Part shown: in pieces, positions 17,506-25,602 of the stretch
How positions within the stretch are numbered: the first letter of the stretch is position 1
How the letters are laid out: each line of letters starts with the position of its first letter
Origin: an uncultured Gammaproteobacteria bacterium
GTDB taxonomy: Bacteria > Patescibacteriota > Patescibacteriia > Patescibacteriales > UBA12465
Length of the DNA stretch: 64,000 nt
NCBI GenBank assembly: GCA_964648205.1
Contig: CAZYNT010000001.1
Coordinates: 47,765-111,764, forward strand
Direction of reading: 5' to 3'
Translations under genes and position numbers: made by a program
Notes under the pieces: model-generated
What the model was told of the DNA's origin: nothing
The model's database searches: none
Seen by the model: the letters and a program-made list of their open reading frames with translations, nothing else

Positions 17506-19935
17506 CTAAGGATTAGTTGAGCTGCCTGTGTCCGGAGCAGAGCTTCCCTCTGCGGCGAGCGGCGGAATAGGCGGTTCTAGAGACGGCGTGCTTGAACCTA
17601 GAGACGAAGCTGGCGCGGAGGCGGATGTTCCGCCCTCGGAAACGCCCGCTTCGCCCGACAAAGGAGCCGGAACGGGGTTCGGAGCCGGAACGGGGTTCGG
17701 AGTAATAATATAATCGTTGCCGCCGCTTGTCAAAATCAAGCTTTTTACCGAACCAAGATCTTTCAGGCTGTTAATCTTTAAAAATTTGTTGGAAAAAGTA
17801 TAAAGATCGTCATTGATATACAAGCTGCGCTTGACTGTATTATCATAATAATTATATCCGCCCCAATAATCTGACCCGGAAAAATTCCCGCCCTCCGAAT
17901 GGTCTATTCCTCCCTTGAAAGTGAATTTATTGTTATCCGTATTGAAAACTAACGATCCGGCAAAGGAGATCCGCCCGTTCTCCCGCAGGACCGCCGGCAG
18001 CACTAATAAATTTTTCGCTTCCGAGTAAAGAAACGCCTTATGATCCTGCAAAGCAATTGAATCGCTCCCCGAATCGCCGAACATATATGAATCTAATTCT
18101 TTGGGCTTGTCCAGGTCAGTAAAATCAAACAGGGATATTTTTAAACCTTTTACCTTTACGCTGCCGCCCGCATCTTCTTCCGCGTCTCGCCCGAAGCCGA
18201 TTATTTTATTGCCATTTTTATCGGCTGGATGGAGATAATTTGAAAACCCGGGCAGCTTGATAGCGCCCAATACGCTCGGCTTAGCTGGATCGCTTAGGCT
18301 GATGGCATATAGCGGATCGGTCTTTTTGAAAGTTACCAGATAAAGCCGGTCTCCCATGAAGCGGGCCGCATAAATACGCTCCGTAGTCGCCAGATTCTCT
18401 AAACTGCCCACCACTTTCAATTCGCCATTTAAGATATATACATTACTGTAAGAATCTTCCGGCTTATCGGTCAGGCGCGACCATATAGGATTGCGGGTGG
18501 TGGCGATACGGAAATAATCGCCGTTTTCATCCATAGAAAATTGATTTAAAACCTGGCCGCTTACTTCTCCCATTCCCTTATACTCCACGCTTTTACCATT
18601 AATCGCAATCTTGTGGATGACGGTTTTCTCCATATTCTTGGCCTGCTCAATCAGCTTCTGCTTTAAAGCATCATCAAGGTTGGCTTGCAAATTTTTCTGG
18701 GCTTCTTCGCTCAAACTATTCAAATAGCGATCAATAATCGCCGCCACTTTCGCCTTCTTCTCGTTCTTAGCCAAGATGAAGTTGGCTGAAGCCTCAATCT
18801 TAGTGATTTTATCCTGATCATCGGCACTTAGCTGCGAAAAAACTATTTCCCTTTTCACGGTCTGTTCTAAATCATATTCATTAATATATTCCGTATAGGT
18901 AATATAAATATTGGACGGGGAAACGTAGAGATTCTGGCCGTAATTCATCAAATATGATTGGCCGTTAATGGCTTCGCCATTATCTTTGATGTTGATTGCG
19001 GTGACATTGGAAAAATTATACGAGTCGTATGGGATGTCAAAATAATAAACATCGGGCGCAAAGCATTTTTCAAACTGATCGCACGCATTTGATAAAACGA
19101 CCCCCTTATCCAAAACTCTGGGCAGAAGCGGCTCATTCTCAATATAATTAGCCGAGCTGTTAGTGAATAAATAAACGTAATCGCCGATTAAACGGGCGTC
19201 GGAATACGAGCCTTCAAAATCCAAATCGCGCGCTAATTTCGGGTCAGCCGGATTAGCCAAATCAAAAACCTTGAAAAAAGTATACGGATTTTGGCGGCGG
19301 AAGCTTCGATATGTCTCCATGGCGTAAATCTGCTGGTCGGCCCCGAAAACAACCAAGCTGGAGCCGCTTATAAAAATATCTTGCGGACGCGACTTGAAGG
19401 TAATCGTGCTCAAAACCGCAGACTCCGTGGCGGGGTTAACTTTTATTATCTTTAATTCATTGCGCACGAGCGCATAAATATAATTGCCGTCTGTTTTAAT
19501 AATATCAGCTTCATCAACGCCGGCGACTTGGTTGTTGGTTGTCGAATAGTCGTTTGCCGCCGATGCTTCCAAACTACCAGTTCCCGCGCTGGCGCTGCTT
19601 TCAGATATAGCGGAATCAGCCGTCGGCGCCATGGTGGATGTTAAGGCTTTAGTCGAAAAACTACCCGCTTGCTCGCGCATCACAATGTTGCCGCCGCTAC
19701 CTGAACTATTATTCTCTTCCAAAAAAGCTTTGAGTTCGTCATAATTCGCGAATTTCTTAATTTGTTTTGTGCTGGTCGCCGTTTCTTCTTCTTTAGCCTC
19801 TTCAATATTATTAGCGTCATTAACATTATTTAATGCATTATCGACCGTTTTCTTTTTCCAAGGAAGCGTGCATCCGCTTATTAAAACAGTTAAAACCGCT
19901 AGAACTAGGGTTAATTTAAATATTTTTTTTAACAT
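17506..19935 (-). CDS. Secreted lipoprotein with a beta-propeller-like domain and a Pro/Ser/Ala-rich C-terminal tail
   Basis: Lipobox LISGCTL after the signal peptide. Repeated beta-strand blocks through ~650 aa. C-terminal PNPVPAPNPVPAP repeats and a Ser/Gly/Ala low-complexity tail. Confidence 0.55.
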   Translation of the reverse strand: MLKKIFKLTLVLAVLTVLISGCTLPWKKKTVDNALNNVNDANNIEEAKEEETATSTKQIKKFANYDELKAFLEENNSSGSGGNIVMREQAGSFSTKALTSTMAPTADSAISESSASAGTGSLEASAANDYSTTNNQVAGVDEADIIKTDGNYIYALVRNELKIIKVNPATESAVLSTITFKSRPQDIFISGSSLVVFGADQQIYAMETYRSFRRQNPYTFFKVFDLANPADPKLARDLDFEGSYSDARLIGDYVYLFTNSSANYIENEPLLPRVLDKGVVLSNACDQFEKCFAPDVYYFDIPYDSYNFSNVTAINIKDNGEAINGQSYLMNYGQNLYVSPSNIYITYTEYINEYDLEQTVKREIVFSQLSADDQDKITKIEASANFILAKNEKKAKVAAIIDRYLNSLSEEAQKNLQANLDDALKQKLIEQAKNMEKTVIHKIAINGKSVEYKGMGEVSGQVLNQFSMDENGDYFRIATTRNPIWSRLTDKPEDSYSNVYILNGELKVVGSLENLATTERIYAARFMGDRLYLVTFKKTDPLYAISLSDPAKPSVLGAIKLPGFSNYLHPADKNGNKIIGFGRDAEEDAGGSVKVKGLKISLFDFTDLDKPKELDSYMFGDSGSDSIALQDHKAFLYSEAKNLLVLPAVLRENGRISFAGSLVFNTDNNKFTFKGGIDHSEGGNFSGSDYWGGYNYYDNTVKRSLYINDDLYTFSNKFLKINSLKDLGSVKSLILTSGGNDYIITPNPVPAPNPVPAPLSGEAGVSEGGTSASAPASSLGSSTPSLEPPIPPLAAEGSSAPDTGSSTNP
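17666..17701. repeat. 18-bp perfect tandem duplication (AGCCGGAACGGGGTTCGG x2) inside the 3' end of the lipoprotein gene
   Basis: Read directly in the sequence. It encodes the PNPVPA repeat on the minus strand. Confidence 0.8.
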
Positions 19936-20029
19936 AAATAAAAAATATTAGCGCTAATATGGCTTAAGTAAATTATATCATCTTAGAGCAGGAAAAACAA
20001 CGCAAAAATTTTAACGGCTGGAGAGTTAA

Positions 20030-20728
20030 TTATTTTATTTCCACTTCTAACCCCACCGCTACGCGATCATAAATATATTGGGCCGGACCGATGCCTAAAC
20101 GGATACATCCGTGAGAAACCGGTTTTCCGAGATGGTCTGCGCCTTCGCGATAACCGCTGGGCCAAACCGGCAGTTCATGAATACCGAACTGGCCGCTACC
20201 CAAGCCAAGCCAAAAAGGCATCCATAACTTATAAGTTTTCGACCACGCTTTGGGAACTTTATTGACTATCTTAAACTTACCCTTTGGAGTCGGCATAGCC
20301 GGCTTTCCCGTAGATACAGGGGATTCTTTCCAGAGATTACCGGCGACATAATATTTTAATTTCTGATTTTTCAAATCAATTTCTAATTTTTGTGCTAACT
20401 TTTTAGTGGAACTCGACAGCGGATCATAAGCCCAATCAACTTCCAGACCGTCTTGCCATCCATCGCCATCCGAATCCGGGTTCAAAGGGTCGGTCTTAAA
20501 TTTTAATTCAAAATAATCGCTTAAGCCGTCCTTATCAACATCGCTCTTTGCCAATCTTATCTTCTCTGGATTGAAAGGAGAATAGCCGTTGCTTATTTCT
20601 TGAGTATTGTTATAGCCATCATTATCGGAATCAAGCGCTTCTTCGGCTCTAATCGGCGCGGCCATAAAAAAATAAATGAATAAAAGCAAAACCCCGTAAA
20701 TAATTGGTCCCTGTCTTTTGAGTCTCAT
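20030..20728 (-). CDS. L,D-transpeptidase (YkuD domain) with N-terminal calcium-binding DxDxDG-type repeats
   Basis: Signal peptide. DSDNDGYNN, DVDKDGLSDYFE and DSDGDGWQDGLEVDWAYDPL repeats. Catalytic HxG...SHGCIRL motif. Confidence 0.8.
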   Translation of the reverse strand: MRLKRQGPIIYGVLLLFIYFFMAAPIRAEEALDSDNDGYNNTQEISNGYSPFNPEKIRLAKSDVDKDGLSDYFELKFKTDPLNPDSDGDGWQDGLEVDWAYDPLSSSTKKLAQKLEIDLKNQKLKYYVAGNLWKESPVSTGKPAMPTPKGKFKIVNKVPKAWSKTYKLWMPFWLGLGSGQFGIHELPVWPSGYREGADHLGKPVSHGCIRLGIGPAQYIYDRVAVGLEVEIK

Positions 20729-22305
20729 ACTGATTTTCTTAATGAAAATTCACAGCCGCAAAACTTCTGTTGATAAATGCCCAGCTCCCTGGCCAAGTTC
20801 TGCGACTGGCGGTAACCATTATCTTTTTGAAAATCATCGTCCAAAAATTTTAAACCATTCGCGCCAGCCAGCTCATGGCCGATTCTTTTTATCGCCTCCG
20901 TATCCTTATAGGGGCTGACGAGCAGGCTGGTGCTGAAATAATCAAACTTGTTTAAGCGCGCCAACTCGGCCGTCTTGGCTAATCGGCCGCGATAGCAAAT
21001 CTGGCAGCGCGCCCCGCGCTCCGGAGATTCCTCATTCCCCTTGACTGTTTCCAGCCAAACCGCATGTTCATAGGGCTCAATCAGCAAGGGTATATTGAAT
21101 TTACGGGCGACTAATCTAACTGCCTCCAGCCGAAGATTATATTCGGCCAGCGAGCTTAAGTTGGAGTTATAAAAATACCAAGTCAGCTTATATTTAGGAA
21201 GCAGGCGCTCGCGGCTGATATACGCGCTGCAAGGCGCGCAGCAAACATGGAGAAGCAGAGATGGTTTTCTGTTTCGGCGATCCAAGAGCCAGAAAACGAT
21301 AACAATAATGAACATGACAGCCAGAAGCCCGATTAAGGCGAAAAATTTTCCTCGACTTTGCAAAAATAAGCCGCTTAAACCAAAAGCTAAAGAAAGGCTA
21401 TAAAAAATAAAAACCGTTTTCTTTTGTCCAAGCCCCAGCGCTAAGAGGCGGTGATGAAGATGCTTTCTGTCGGCGAACCGAAAAGGATTTTTCCCTTGAA
21501 AAAGGCGACGCAAAATTGTCCAGGCAACATCTAAAATCGGTATACCCATAATAAGCAGGGCAATGGCAATCTTACCACCGGAGATAATTGCCAGCACTCC
21601 TAATATATAGCCCAAGAGAAGAGCCCCCCCCTCGCCTAAGAATATTTTTGCCGGATGCCAATTAAAAATCAAAAAGCCTATTGCCGATCCGACCAAAGTA
21701 ATGGCGGCGAAAGCAATATCTGGCTGATAATAGCGGGTCGTCAAAGTAAACAAAAAAATCACCAAGCCGCCGATAGCGGCGACCCCTGAAACCAAGCCGT
21801 CGACGCCGTCAAGAAGCTTGGTTGTATACATCATGCCTAAAAGCCAGGCGGCAATCAGTATGGGGCCGACGACAATCAGCGACTTTAAATAAACATAACC
21901 CCCAAAAGGGTTGGTTATCTTTTCAATTTCCACCCCTCCTAAAATTAAAATCAAGACGGCTAATAAAGGAAAAATAATCTGCCGGCTGGGCCGCAAATTA
22001 TATTTATCATCAAGCGCGCCGCCGATAATAATAACCAAGGCGCCGACAAAAAAGGCGATTAAATGCGACCAATGCAGATTGCCGGACAAGAAGCGGGAGG
22101 CGAAAGCGAACAATAGAATAAAATAAGCAATAAAAATAGCGACGCCGCCCAAAAGCGGAGTCGCGGTCGTATGTATCTTTCGGCTCGCGCCGCCAGCTGT
22201 GTCCGGACGATCAACAATGTCTAGCTTCAAAGCAACTCTCTTCACTAAAAAAGTGAGGACGGCCGCTAAAATTAAACTAGCCAAGAAAATAAGAAAGTAA
22301 AACAT
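20725..22305 (-). CDS. Fusion: family-4 glycosyltransferase (WecA/MraY-type polyprenyl-phosphate HexNAc-1-P transferase, ~340 aa) joined in frame to a QueH-like (DUF208, epoxyqueuosine reductase) domain (~185 aa)
   Basis: N-terminal part has 10 or more TM helices with the DDxxN and LDGVDGL motifs of MraY/WecA. C-terminal part begins LLLHVCCAPCS and ends ...CGCEFS, which I recognise as the cysteine signature of DUF208/QueH. No stop lies between them. Confidence 0.65.
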   Translation of the reverse strand: MFYFLIFLASLILAAVLTFLVKRVALKLDIVDRPDTAGGASRKIHTTATPLLGGVAIFIAYFILLFAFASRFLSGNLHWSHLIAFFVGALVIIIGGALDDKYNLRPSRQIIFPLLAVLILILGGVEIEKITNPFGGYVYLKSLIVVGPILIAAWLLGMMYTTKLLDGVDGLVSGVAAIGGLVIFLFTLTTRYYQPDIAFAAITLVGSAIGFLIFNWHPAKIFLGEGGALLLGYILGVLAIISGGKIAIALLIMGIPILDVAWTILRRLFQGKNPFRFADRKHLHHRLLALGLGQKKTVFIFYSLSLAFGLSGLFLQSRGKFFALIGLLAVMFIIVIVFWLLDRRNRKPSLLLHVCCAPCSAYISRERLLPKYKLTWYFYNSNLSSLAEYNLRLEAVRLVARKFNIPLLIEPYEHAVWLETVKGNEESPERGARCQICYRGRLAKTAELARLNKFDYFSTSLLVSPYKDTEAIKRIGHELAGANGLKFLDDDFQKDNGYRQSQNLARELGIYQQKFCGCEFSLRKSV

Positions 22306-22322
22306 AATTTATTATTCCATTT

Positions 22323-25019
22323 TTATAACTCAGCGGCCTTTTCAATTTCAATTTCCGCCCGCGAATTGATAATTACCGTATCCCGCCGCTTGAGTTCGCC
22401 GCTTAATATTTTGTTGGCGATGCTATCTTCAACTTTGTCTTGGAGCAAGCGCCGGAGCGGCCGGGCGCCGAATTTCGGATCGTAGCCCTCATGCGCGAGT
22501 ATGGCCGCACCGTCCTTATCCGCCTTAAGATTTATCCCTTTATCGCTTAAACCTTTTTTAATCTTCTTGAGCATCAACGTAGCAATCGCCAAAACATCCT
22601 TCTCGCTGAGCGGCTTGAAGACGATAATCCCGTCAAAACGATTAATGAGCTCGGGGCGCATATATTTATTCAATTGGTTGTCGATAAGCTCTTGCTTGAT
22701 AATATTAATATTTGCTTTAGCGCGAATCTGCTCCTGGATGTAAAGAGCGCCGATATTGGAGGTCGCGATAATGATCGATTCCGTGAAACTAATAGTTCTT
22801 CCCTGGCCGTCGGTTAAGCGGCCATCATCTAACAGCTGCAAAAACAGATTTAAAATATCAGGATGCGCCTTTTCGATTTCATCTAAAAGAATTAAGGAAA
22901 ACGGTTTTTTGCGGACGGCCTCGGTTAAATACCCCAAAGCGCCGTCGACGTCTCCAATCATTTTTCGGACGCTGTCCGGATACTGGTATTCGCTCATATC
23001 AACCCGAATCAAGTAATCTTCATCGCCGAAATAAACCTGACTGACCGCTTTAGCAAGCTCTGTTTTACCGACGCCGGTCGGACCGAGAAAAAGGAAGCTG
23101 GCAATCGGGCGTTTCCCTTCCTTGAGCTGAGCGCGGGCGCGGCGCAAGCTGGAGGCGACCGCCTTGACCGCCTCCTCTTGATCTACCAAGCGCTTATGAA
23201 TTTCTACCTCTAAATTTAATAACTTCTGGCTCTCGTCAACCGTAACTTTATTGGCGGGAATCCCGGTAATTTCACCAATAGCCGCCGCCACCTCTTCGCT
23301 GCCGCAAAAACATTTCGTCGGATCGTTTTGAAAATTTTTCGCTGCAATAAGCGCCGCTTTCTCGAGCAGATTAATCGCTTTAAGCGGCAAGAATTTATCA
23401 TGCAGATAGCGTTCAGACATTTTTACCGCCTGTTCTAAAGCGCCGTAAACAATATAGACGTCATACTTGGATTCTAAGAAACCGACCTTACTCTCAAGAA
23501 TCTGAATTGCTTCATTGAATTCTGGTTCTTTTATGCCGACGGTTGTTAAAACCGTGCCAAGCGATTTATTCTCTATATACTTAGAATAATTTTCCGTGGT
23601 CGCCGAAGCTAAGCACATTAAATGTTTGCGGCTTAGCGCCTCGGCCAAAACTTCCGATAAATCCAAGCTTTCTTGGCTGCCGGCGCTTATTCCAATCAAA
23701 TTTTCAATATTATCAATATATAAGATAATATTGCCGGAATGGTTGATTTCGCTGATTGCGGTCAATAGGCGTTCTTCCGCTTGAGCTGCATCAGCGCCGC
23801 TTACAAGGCGCGAAACATCAAGCTCGACTAAGCGCTTGTCCTTCAAAAAAGCGGGGACTCGTTCTTCAACCATCAGCTGTGCTAATCCGGTAATAATTGT
23901 GCTCTTGCCGACGCCGCTGGGGCCGACCAAAAGAACGCCGCTATGACCGCCGATGAAAGACTCGAAAATAGAATTGATTTCTTTCTGCCGGCCGACGCAG
24001 ATGTCGTTAGCTCCATATTTTGATTGGATGGTAACGTCGTGGGAAAAATGATCAAGGGTCGGCGTGGCAATGGCCGTATACGCGCGGTTCATGCCCGTAC
24101 CAGGCTTAAGAAGCGCTAATTTACGATATGATTTATAACTTGCCAGCATGCGGCGATTGACTCTGAACCATTCAACCGTGTTGACGATTTTATTATTATC
24201 AATCTCTAAATCATATAGAATTTCGGCCAAACGCGGATCTTTCTGATAGCAGAAGGAAATAAGGTTTAAAACGTCGACGCTATCTTGATTCAAATTATAA
24301 GCCTCGACAAAGGCCAATATTAAAACTTCTTCCAGATTTGGAGCCAATTTGCTTCGTCCGGAAAAACCATTATCTTGCGATTTAATTAAACGGCGATCGA
24401 CGAGTTCGACTAATTTTTTAGCATCAACATTAAGGCGGATGAAAAGGGTTTGTATCTCTTTAACTTTAAGCAATACACGAAAAAGATGGATAATGGTCAC
24501 TTCTGTTTGGCGCAACTTATTGGCCAAAAGATAAGCATCTTCCAGTGCTTTGCTCGCGACCGTGTTGTAGGCCTTAGAAACGTTATATTTTTTTGGCTTT
24601 TCTCTCTTCCTGACTTTGTCGGAAGTAAAATTCCGATAATCGATCTTTTTAAGAGCCGCGCGCGCCTCGCTCTTCTTATAAAACAGAAACAAATCAAACC
24701 ATAAAGAAAGCACAAAAACTAAAATGAGTGGATGACTCTTATTCCAGAAGACTAAAAAGCGCAAAGGATGAGCAGACAATGTTCCCCAATTATAGAAAAC
24801 CCATAAGCCGAAAGCGAGCCAACCGGCAAAAATAATGAGCCAGGTTAAAAATTCAAAAATTCTTTCCGTATTTTCTTTAGTGCGCTCAATCGCAATCACT
24901 GACTTTTTTAAAACCTTATCCCAATATAAAAATCTTCCCAGAAACCAAGCGCCAGGACGGGCGCTGCTTGAATCGGGGCTAAAGACAATTTCTTCAGGAT
25001 TTGTTTTTTCAATTACCAT
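22323..25019 (-). CDS. Membrane-anchored Clp/Hsp100-family AAA+ protein (two N-terminal TM helices, Clp_N repeats, degenerate D1 and intact D2, no ClpB-type middle domain)
   Basis: D1 Walker A GPSGVGKS but Walker B IILYIDNIEN (canonical is IDELH), and the arginine-finger region SLGTVLT in place of ALERRFQ. D2 Walker A GPTGVGKT, Walker B LILLDEIEKAHP and GARPLRR are intact. Start set at the internal Met MVIEKTNPEE (25019). The 86 codons upstream overlap the next gene and look non-coding. Confidence 0.8.
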   Translation of the reverse strand: MVIEKTNPEEIVFSPDSSSARPGAWFLGRFLYWDKVLKKSVIAIERTKENTERIFEFLTWLIIFAGWLAFGLWVFYNWGTLSAHPLRFLVFWNKSHPLILVFVLSLWFDLFLFYKKSEARAALKKIDYRNFTSDKVRKREKPKKYNVSKAYNTVASKALEDAYLLANKLRQTEVTIIHLFRVLLKVKEIQTLFIRLNVDAKKLVELVDRRLIKSQDNGFSGRSKLAPNLEEVLILAFVEAYNLNQDSVDVLNLISFCYQKDPRLAEILYDLEIDNNKIVNTVEWFRVNRRMLASYKSYRKLALLKPGTGMNRAYTAIATPTLDHFSHDVTIQSKYGANDICVGRQKEINSIFESFIGGHSGVLLVGPSGVGKSTIITGLAQLMVEERVPAFLKDKRLVELDVSRLVSGADAAQAEERLLTAISEINHSGNIILYIDNIENLIGISAGSQESLDLSEVLAEALSRKHLMCLASATTENYSKYIENKSLGTVLTTVGIKEPEFNEAIQILESKVGFLESKYDVYIVYGALEQAVKMSERYLHDKFLPLKAINLLEKAALIAAKNFQNDPTKCFCGSEEVAAAIGEITGIPANKVTVDESQKLLNLEVEIHKRLVDQEEAVKAVASSLRRARAQLKEGKRPIASFLFLGPTGVGKTELAKAVSQVYFGDEDYLIRVDMSEYQYPDSVRKMIGDVDGALGYLTEAVRKKPFSLILLDEIEKAHPDILNLFLQLLDDGRLTDGQGRTISFTESIIIATSNIGALYIQEQIRAKANINIIKQELIDNQLNKYMRPELINRFDGIIVFKPLSEKDVLAIATLMLKKIKKGLSDKGINLKADKDGAAILAHEGYDPKFGARPLRRLLQDKVEDSIANKILSGELKRRDTVIINSRAEIEIEKAAEL

Positions 25020-25027
25020 ATTATTGA

Positions 25028-25396
25028 TTATTTCAGTACTTGAAAAATAAAAGCGAAAATTAATAAAGGAGGCAAAGCCAGCCAAAAGATTATAACTATC
25101 AGGCAAACTGCCAGCCAAATAAGTAGCGCGAAGCCGCGAAAGATTACTTGCACCAGACGCACCAAGAAGCTTATCAGGCGACCGGCCCAATCCGACTGCC
25201 CGTACATAGGCACAAAAATATTTTTCGCCCAGACGGAGAACCCTAATGATTTTTCTTGATCGCGCCAAAAATTCCAAACATTTCTGACAAGGCGGCCGAA
25301 CCCGACGCTATACCACCAGAGAGGAAAATAAACCACTTCTAAAAGCAAGGAAACGATTATTTTTCCGCTATATGTAAGGAAATTGTGTTTAAACAT
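25028..25396 (-). CDS. Small polytopic membrane protein (122 aa), first gene of the Hsp100 paralog operon
   Basis: Trp-rich hydrophobic ORF. Its stop lies 8 nt before the proposed Hsp100 start. Confidence 0.5.
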   Translation of the reverse strand: MFKHNFLTYSGKIIVSLLLEVVYFPLWWYSVGFGRLVRNVWNFWRDQEKSLGFSVWAKNIFVPMYGQSDWAGRLISFLVRLVQVIFRGFALLIWLAVCLIVIIFWLALPPLLIFAFIFQVLK

Positions 25397-25524
25397 ATTT
25401 ATTTTATTTTGTTCAATCTTTCAATCTAATTGTTTATATTTTATCATAAAACAAAAAAAATCACTAATGAATTAACGGCGCCAAATTAAAAAAGATCTAA
25501 CTTTTATTAATATTTAATCGTAAT

Positions 25525-25553
25525 TTGACAAGCTGCCTGCTCTAGCTTATTAT
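25525..25553 (+). promoter_or_regulatory. Sigma70-like promoter for clpB (TTGACA-N17-TATTAT)
   Basis: TTGACA at 25525-25530, a 17-nt spacer, and TATTAT at 25548-25553. Confidence 0.6.
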
Positions 25554-25558
25554 TATAA

Positions 25559-25585
25559 TTAGCAGTCTTAAACTAGGAGTGCTAA
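25559..25585 (+). promoter_or_regulatory. CIRCE-like inverted repeat (HrcA operator) immediately upstream of clpB
   Basis: TTAGCAGTC-N9-GAGTGCTAA versus the consensus TTAGCACTC-N9-GAGTGCTAA, one mismatch. The track's GTG start at 25579 lies inside this element. Confidence 0.7.
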
Positions 25586-25602
25586 AAATAATTATAAAAA
25601 AT

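Noticed and set aside
25020-25277. N-terminal 86 codons of the track ORF 22323-25277 (MEFLARSRKIIRVLRLGEKYF...)
   Set aside because: Overlaps the 3' end of the 122-aa membrane-protein gene on the same strand in a different frame. The overlapping translation has the composition of an out-of-frame reading of a hydrophobic gene. The internal Met at 25019 gives a clean 8-nt intergenic gap.
25579-25602. GTG start for clpB proposed by the ORF track
   Set aside because: Lies inside the CIRCE inverted repeat. The ATG at 25603 gives the canonical ClpB N-terminus [13 protein letters not shown].
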